A stretch of 64,000 nt of DNA from Octopus bimaculoides (taxonomy: Eukaryota). The notes under the pieces are model-generated. The model was given only the letters and a program-made list of their open reading frames with translations, had not been told where the DNA came from and did no database searches. The stretch covers positions 32,852,659-32,916,658 of the forward strand of contig NC_068981.1 of NCBI RefSeq assembly GCF_001194135.2, in the 5' to 3' direction. The position numbers and the translations under genes are program-made. Within the stretch, counting starts at the first letter, position 1, and every line of letters begins with the position of its first letter. Positions 50,801 through 59,800 of the stretch are shown here, in pieces.

Positions 50801-53800
50801 GAAGCAAGATTTCACTCTTGTCACAATTACTTGTTCCATTGCTAACGAGTAGGTAATGATAGAAGAGTGATAACTCTTCCAGATAACCAGGCAAAAATTA
50901 AGCAGAGTAATGTACCTTGCTACGACAGGTAGAAGGTGAAGAGAAAATTTGAATTTCTGAATTCGGAATAGCGCACAAATCCTTGTGGAACAATGATTAG
51001 GATGAACGAAGAAGGAAAAAGGACTAAATAAAAATTGTTCAACACCAGGCACAGGCATGGCTGTGTGGTAAGAAGCTTGCTTCCCAACCACATGGTTCCA
51101 GGCTCAGTCCCACAGTCAAATGACTGAAACAAGTAAAAGAATAAAAGAATCAGAAGGCCAATAATCTTCTTAAATAGTCATTGTAAAAATTTTTTCCAAT
51201 ATCTATGTTTAATCTGAATAATAATCACCTTCCATAAACTTGGTTGTGAGTCAAAGTAACTGAAATTAGAACTACTTTATAGTTCAAGAAGAAAAAATAA
51301 AAATAAAATAAAATAATTAGTAATTTAAAAAGAAAATCACTAACCTTGCATTCTGGGAGGAGCTCCCATCTGTCCAGGTCGTGGTTGAGGTGGTGCTGCG
51401 ACTGATGTCGCCCGTGCTTGCGGTGTCATCATCTGTTGTGATGGTCCTCCAACACCACGTACAGGACCTTGCAAACCAGGAGCAGCAGCACCTGAACTTC
51501 CAGGAGCTGCAGGAACACCACGTCCAGCAGCACGTCCCATACCTGTACCAGGGGCAGCACCAGCCAATGGAACACGAGCAATGCCCTCCTAGAATATTTG
51601 AGGAAAAGAAATACATAATCATTAGTTTCATCAGATGTAGCAAATTAACTGCAGCTATAGTATTACACTTGCCTAATTTAATTTAAAATACAACAAATAG
51701 GTAGACATAATTTAAACTAGCAAATATTTGGTACCAAAAGAAACAAACAATTTTGAGGGAAACTATTTGTCTGTGATAGACTGCCATTATTAATTAACCC
51801 TTTAGCATTTAATCCAACAATCATCATCATCATCGTTTAACGTCCGCTTTCCATGCTAGTATGGGTTGGATGATTTGACTGAGGACTGGTGAACCAGATG
51901 GCTACACCAGGCTACAATCTGATTTGGCAGTTTCTACAGTTGGATGCTCTTCCTAACGCCAACCACTCCGAGAGTGTAGTGGACGCTTTTACGTACCGCA
52001 GCACGAAGGCCAGTCAGGTGGTACTGGCAAAGGCCATGCTCAAAATGGCGTATTTTACGTGCCACCTGCACAGGAGCCAGTCCAACAGCACTGACAACAA
52101 TCTCGCTCGAATGTCTTTTTACATGCCACCGACACACGTGCCAGGAAGGCGACGTAGGTAACGATCACACTCAAATGGTGTTATTTGCTAGCCAAAATAG
52201 TCTAACTGCTTTATGCTCACACCAGCCAGATCCAGCCTCTCACACCTACCCAGCAACATCCTGATGAAAATATACAAGCACATCATTGAAACCTCAAAGC
52301 AACACAATAAATGATTTATTCAAAATAATGTCAATAAATAAGCATTTCATTTCTGAATGCGAGAGGGTTAAAATTATAATAAAATTTTGAAGTGTGAGAT
52401 GAATGCTATCATCATCATCATCCTTTAACATCCGTCTTCTATGCTGGCATGAGTTGGATGGTTTGACAGGAGCTGGTAAGCCTGAGGACCACACAAAGTT
52501 CCACTGTCTGCTTTGGCAATTTTTTTTTTTTTTTTTGAGGTTGGATGCCCTTCTTGATGCCAACTGCTTTACAGAGTGAACTGGGTGTGTTTTACATGGC
52601 ACTAACACTGGTGAGATCTGCTTTGACATAGTTTTTACTGCAGGATGCCTTTCCTAACGCCAACCACTTTACAGAGCGGACTGGCTGCTTTTTACATGAC
52701 ACCAGCACCTGCAAGGTCTACTTTGACTTGTTTTTAAAGTAAGTATGACAGATAAATGCAGAATAACCTAATGTCAGATGAATGAAAAGCAAAACAGTTG
52801 AATCACTGTCATACAAGACTGAGACAATCAACTGCTTTTCTGCCATACAAGACTGGAGGCATTCAACAATATCTCTGCTAAACAGGGTCAAGGGATAGCA
52901 AACCACCTGCTGCCATAGAATGTTGGAGTCAGACAACTACCCTGCAATATATATATATATATATACACACATATATAGATATATAGATATATATATAGTT
53001 GCTATTATGCAAAATTGTTGGAAGTCCAAAACGTTGCTTTTTCAGAAAATTGAAAAATAATTTCACTATTCCATAGCAAAACCATTGTATTACACTTTGA
53101 CAATTTTTGATATCTTGGCATCTGAAGTAGCTGGAGATACGATAGTTTGACCAAAAGAACCAGTTATTGCAAGCAAAAATAAATATTGAAAAAAAAAAAT
53201 GCATTTGACCAAAATTGGACATAAGACAGTTTAACATAATAGCAACGATATATATATATTTTCATTCACTCATTTGTTCAATGTCCTTTTTTCAATACAA
53301 GTACGGATTAAACATTATTCTGCAGCAGGGTACCCTTACTGTCACTAACCCTTACTTGATTTTCCTTTAGCTAAGGGATATCCTCTTTCACATGCCTTTG
53401 AAGGTGTAAAGCCAGACAAATCAGCAACAACACTGGTGAGTGTACTGGGTGCTTTTTCTGCATTACTGACACTAGTGAGATGACCAAATAGCTCACAAGA
53501 CAAGCCCACTTGACTGAAGAATGTGTTGTACTGAGGTAGGTGGCTTATGCCAGGTGTTGAGAAGTAAGAATGATAGAGAGATAGGAAAAGGTGTCTTCCT
53601 GCAGTGGAGATATATTGCACCTGGCTAAGTCCACATACTTTCTATTTGATCCTTCCTTATTTTTAGCTATATTGGTACTATTATCACAACATCATTCATC
53701 ATCATTATCATTTAACGTCCATTTTCCATGCTAGCATGGGTTGGAAGATTTGACTGAGGACTGGTGAACCAGATGACTGCACCAGGCTCCAATCTGATCT

Positions 53801-56800
53801 GGTAGAGTTTCTACAGCTGGATGCCCTTCCTAACGCCAACCACTCCGACAGTGTAGTGGGTGCTACCGGCACGAGGGCCAGTCTGGCAATACTGGCAACG
53901 GCCACGAAAAAATGGTGTTTTTTTACATGCCACCTGCACAGCAGTCAGCCCATTACTCTTTAACTTGTTTCAGTCATTTGACTGCATCCATGCTGGAACA
54001 CTGTCTTTATAGTTGAGCAAATCAACCCCAGAGCTTATTTTCTCTGTCTCTTTTGCTGAACCGCTAGGATCATGTGGTTGGTAAGCAAGTTACTTACCAC
54101 ACAGCCACTCCTAACATAATAAATATTTTGTTTTTTGGTCTCCCGATCCCTTATCTGGTGGTCAATGCAGAAACTAGGGAAAGATGAGTTGTTAGTGAGA
54201 GCTGTACAAGCCAATGTACATGGATGCTGTAAGGTGAAGGTTGGCAACGAGTATAGTGAAGAATTCCAGGTAGGGATTCACCATCAATTGGTCCTCAGCC
54301 CCCTCTTATTCATCATAGTCCTCCAGGCAATAACAGAGGAATTCAAGACAGGTTGCTCCTGGGAGCTTCTCTGTGCTGATGACCTTGCTCTAATTGCTGA
54401 GTCACTATCAGAAGTAGAGGAGAAGTTTCAGGTGTGGAAGCAAGGTCTAGGATCGAAAGGCTTTAGAGGCAATCTAGCAAAAACCAAAGACTTAATAAGT
54501 AGGAAGGCAGACAAATCACAAATCACTTCAGGTAGATGGCCCTGCTCGATCTGTAGTAAAGGCGGAGGTAGAAACTCCATAAGATGTACCCGGTGTAATC
54601 TATGGACACATAAGAGGTGCAGCAATATCAAAGGAAGGCTAACTGAGAAGATAGTTTTTGTGTGTGGCAAATACTCAGGGGCAATAAAGACTGAACATGT
54701 GCAGAAAATAGCTTCCGTCACATGCTACGGGAAAAAACTAGAAGTAGTTAATAACTTCCGTTACCTAGGTGACCAAGTCAGTAGCGGGAGTGGATGCTCA
54801 GAGTGTAGCTGCTAGAATAAGAATAGCCTGGGCAAAGCTCAGGGAGTTCTTACCTCTGCTGGTGACAAAGGGCCTCTCATTCAGAGTAAAAGGTAGACTG
54901 TATGACACACATGTGTGAACAGGCATGCTACTTGGCAGTGAAACATGGGCTGTGACTGATGAGGACATGCGTAAGCTTGCAAGAAATAAAGTTAGTATGT
55001 TCCGCTGGATGTGTAATGTCAGTATGCATACACGACTGAGTGTAAGCGCCCTGAGAGAAAAGTTGGACATAAGAAGCATCAGATGTGGTGTGCAAGAGAG
55101 ACGACTGCACTAGTGTGGTCATGTGTTGTGTATGGAAGAGGGCAGCTGTGTGAAAAATTGTCACGCCCTAGTAGTACAGGGAACCTGTGGAAGAGGTAGA
55201 CCCAGGAAGACCTGGGATGAGGTGGTGAAGCACGACCTTTGAAGATTGGGCCTCACAGAGGCAATGACTAGTGACCGAGACCTTTAGAGATATGCTGTGC
55301 TTGAGAAGATCTGGCAAGCCAAGTGAGACCATAACCATGGCCTATGCCAGTGCTGTCAGATTGATCTCATGCCGGTGGCATGTAAAAAGCACTATTCGAG
55401 CATGGTCATTGCCAGTGCTGCCTGACTGGCTCCCATGCCAGTGGCACGTAAAAAGCACCATTCAAGCATGATTGATGACAGTATTGCCTGACTGGTCATT
55501 GTGCCAATGGCATGTAAAAAGCACCCACTACATTCTCAGAGTGGTTGGCGTTAGGAAGGGCATCCAGTTGTAGAATCTTTGCCATATCAGATTGGAGCCT
55601 GGTACAGCCTTCTGGCTTGCCAGTTCTCAGTCAAACCGTCCAACCCATGCCAGCATGGAAAGCAGACGTTAAATGATGATGATGACGATGATGATATTAA
55701 AGGTGAACTAATTCAATTTGTTTAGACTTCATTTTCCCCAACAAATATTATAGTTAATTTAAGTTGTCAAATTGGTTATATCATTAAATATGGATGTTTT
55801 GAAGCTGACCATGTCAACTTTCACTTCAGATGAAAATAGGATGTGACAACAGCAGAGAATGGGAGCATTTTTCAGTTTAATTAATCTTATCAGTCACCAC
55901 CTGTCAAGAATGCATATTAAGTATATTACAAAATGTTGATTCAGTTTAATTAATTTTAGTGTTAAAACAGTAACCAAGTCAGTTTAACCTTAGTGTTTTG
56001 TGTTTATAAAATAGTAATTAAGTCAGTTTAATTCATTTTAGTCGTTACATGTAAAGAATGCTTAAAATTATGCATATTGTGGGTTGGCTGCTAAGATACT
56101 TCCATTCTTCGATACTTGTAACTTACATTTTGTAGTAGAGGTCAAAGCCAATACAACAGGCTTCAAAACATCCATAACTCAGTATTTTAGCAATAAATTC
56201 TAAAGTAAAGAATCTTATTAGACAGTTCCAACTGATAAGAAAAACATTCAACATTAGAACTAATGCCAATCAGATATTTTGATAAACTCCAAAATCATAA
56301 TACTTCATTATCATCAGTTAATGTCCATTTTTCCATGCGGACATGGGTTGGACGGTTTGACCAAGCTGGAGAGCTGTACCAGGTTCCAGTTTTATTTGGC
56401 TCAGTTTCATGGCTGATACCCTTCTTAATGCCAACCAGTTTACAGAGTGTGTTGGACGCTTTTTTTTACATAGCACCAGCACAGTGCTTTTTTTATGTGG
56501 CCCAGCAGACATTTTTTTCACAGCACTGACATATGCTTTTTACGCAGCACCAGCACAAGGTACCAACATGGGTGCTTTTTACATGCCACCAGCAAGGGGC
56601 TCTTGTAAAGCAAAAATTCCTTCAACTGGGAAGGGAGCATTAACAATTCTGCTGTGGTGGACAGGTCTTATACAAATACTTATAAGAATATTTCCAATAA
56701 TATAAACAAAGAAATATGGAACAAGAACCTACCTCAGCTGGTGGCGGTCCTTCAACAGTCATAGATACTAAATGTTCTCCTCGTAGTAATACTAATCCAA

Positions 56801-59800
56801 GAACTCTTTTTTCTTCTCTTTCACCCTGTTTACTACTTTTGGGCTTGATCTTCCTAAATTCATCACAATCACCAAGTATTAAATTCATGTGTTTGTCGAA
56901 AGCTTTGAAAGTACCAATAAAAATCCGGCCATCTTGCAGGGTACATCGTACCCTGTAATTGATGTGCTGGAGCATCTTTGAACTTTTCCCCACCGTCTGA
57001 AAAGGGAAGTGAAATATTAACATTTAAGATAAGGCTTTTAATGTCATCGTTAGTACATTTACATAATGCTTCAATCAATTTGATTACCAACTTCAATCAT
57101 CATGTGCCTTTATTCATCAATATTTACACTGACCATGACTAAACTCAATGAGTTAGTGAAGGGAGACATCACTACACTCTTCTTTTAGAAATAAGGATTC
57201 TGTAGTTGGAATAATGTACACCCTAAGGAATAAGAAACTTTGATAACCATTGGAGATTGAACTGTAGTGTAAATAATGTAAATACACATTTTAATAACGA
57301 GGTTAATATTCCGAGAAACAATATTGGAACTCATCTCAGAACTTTAGGTTTTACATTATTAACGATTTATTATTCCTGTTCACAACTACAATATGAAAGT
57401 ACTTAGAATTATATCAAATCAAAGACACCAAAGCAACAACAACAAAAATTCTCACAACAACTCTCACTTTCTTACTGTTTTTCTTCTTTTCTGCTTGACT
57501 TCTCTGTTGAAACTAATACCATTTTAGACCCAGGCATGGTTGTGTGCTTAAGAAGTTTTGATTCTCATCCATTCGGTTTCAGGTTCAGTCCTGCTGTATA
57601 GAACCTTGGGCAAGTGTCTTCTATTAAAGCCCCAGGCCAACTAAAGCCTTACAACTGGATTTAGTAGACACAAACTGAAAGAAGTCTGTAGTGTACGTAA
57701 TATGTGTGTTAATTTCTGTCTTGCCATCATATGATAATTGTAAATATTTATTATTGTTATACAAGGTGTCACATTTCCAATCCCCCATGAAAACAAGTCT
57801 GGCCGAGAAGAAATATTACCTTGCTTGGAAACCAATAAGGATTTGCAATTGGAAGTGGAAAGGCATCCAATCATACAAAATCTTCCTTAATGAATTCCAT
57901 TTGAACCATGCTAGCATGGAAAAAAACCCTAACATGATCCCATTCAAATCTATTATCCAATATTTTTCTCAGTGATATTTACAAATCACTTCCCATTATC
58001 ACTGAGAAAAACTGTACTCATACATCACTGTCTTCAAGCATCATGAGTTTTCCCATGTCTGCTTGAGTACACTAAGTGTCACATCCCACATCACTACTTA
58101 TAATCAACCTTCTCATTACCATATCTACAACGTTCACAGTATCCTAAGTTCAGACATCGCTTCTGTCTTCAATGGATGCTCTTGCATTTTCAATGAATAT
58201 TCCAGCTCTCAGGTAGTTGAGTATTCTATGACACTCCTAACCTTAACCTAATCCTCACACAGAATCAGAGTAACAATGTTAGTCCTTTAAGTTACATGTA
58301 CAGTACCTTTGACAGGATTCCACAATTTCCTGTCTATCCAATTGCACGAGGCTTGGGTCAATCAAAGGCTACAGTAGAAAACAATTTCTCAAAATACTGT
58401 GTAACAAAATTAAACCCAAGACCTTGTGATGGCAAAGCAAACTTCTTAATCATACAGCAATTCCTATACCTGAGTTTCCTCTACTGGTAACATTCATCAT
58501 CTATACAATCAAACGTCTGCCTTCCTACTTACTAAGACTTTGGTTTTTGCTAGGTTAACTCTAAGGCTCTTCGATTCTAGACCTTGCTTGCATACCTGGA
58601 ACTTCTCTAGTAGTGATTCATCTATAAGAGCAAGGTTATTGGCATATAGGATTCCCAGGAGCAGCCTGTCTTAAATTCCTCTCTTATTAGTTTTACAATT
58701 AGGGTTTAAGATTAGGGTTAAGGTTAGATTTAGGTTGCACACTAAAGTGTAAATGGCAGACACCGAGATGAGCAAGTCTTATGCGCCTAAATAGAGGTGG
58801 CACTAGACCAGCCAATTCTGAGGAGCAGCAGTCACTGATGTAGCAGTAGAAAATGTTAAGTGAGGACACAACACATTTCCTGGTCAAAGAATGGTTTGTG
58901 TTTTTGAGTAATTTTATGTCTACCAGTGAAGTGGCTGTTTCTTTTAGAATGTGGTACTGAATGTCCATAAGTACAACCATAGTACTGTCTCAAATAGTAT
59001 GCCATTGTGAGTCTCATCTGAGCTTTATAGAGGGTGAGTAATTATTGGGGACTGAAGTAGTTTCTGACTCTGGAAAGAAAAGCCAGTTTCTGGAATGAGG
59101 AGGTATCCATTTATCAAAAGAGAGCTTTAGAGATGGGGAGAACTTGTAAAATGATGAGGTTTCCAGTTGATTTTTATTTTTGTTGAGGGAGAATGAGATG
59201 CACTATTTTCACAATGTATGCAGTGTTTGTCTCATTTTGCAGTTGAATGAGACAAGATTGGCAGGGCTTTGTTGGAGAATGTTTCTAAGAAAACTGTTCA
59301 TGGAGTCAGTGCATGAGGTGCCCAGCTTGGATGTGTAAAGTTAAGAAAGACTGCATAAGAGTGGATATTGTTGGAGGTAAACAGCACAGGACAGAAGACA
59401 AAACCAAACCTGAAGGTACATCAGGCTTGTTAGTTTGCATCAAATGGAGTTCCAACATCTGATATGAGATAGTGCGATGCAACAGGAAGCTATAAGTATC
59501 AAAAGATCAATGGAGCAGCTTTAACAAGAGATTTGTCTGTTGGACACAGTTGAAATCATTGCGTATGTTGACCAACACTGCTTTCACTATGTACAAAGGG
59601 TGAGAGACTGTTGGTAACATTAGAAAGTAGGGCTCCAGTAGATCTAGTTTCACAAGTCATACTGGGTCTTTAAAGGGAGAGAGAGANNNNNNNNNNNNNN
59701 NNNNNNNNNNNNNNNNNNNNNNNNNNNNNNNNNNNNNNNNNNNNNNNNNNNNNNNNNNNNNNNNNNNNNNNNNNNNNNNNNNNNNNNNNNNNNNNNNNNN

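Noticed and set aside
51586-51591. NAGNAG (TAG GAG) tandem acceptor at exon 3
   Set aside because: GAG is a poor acceptor, and the effect would be the loss of one Glu.
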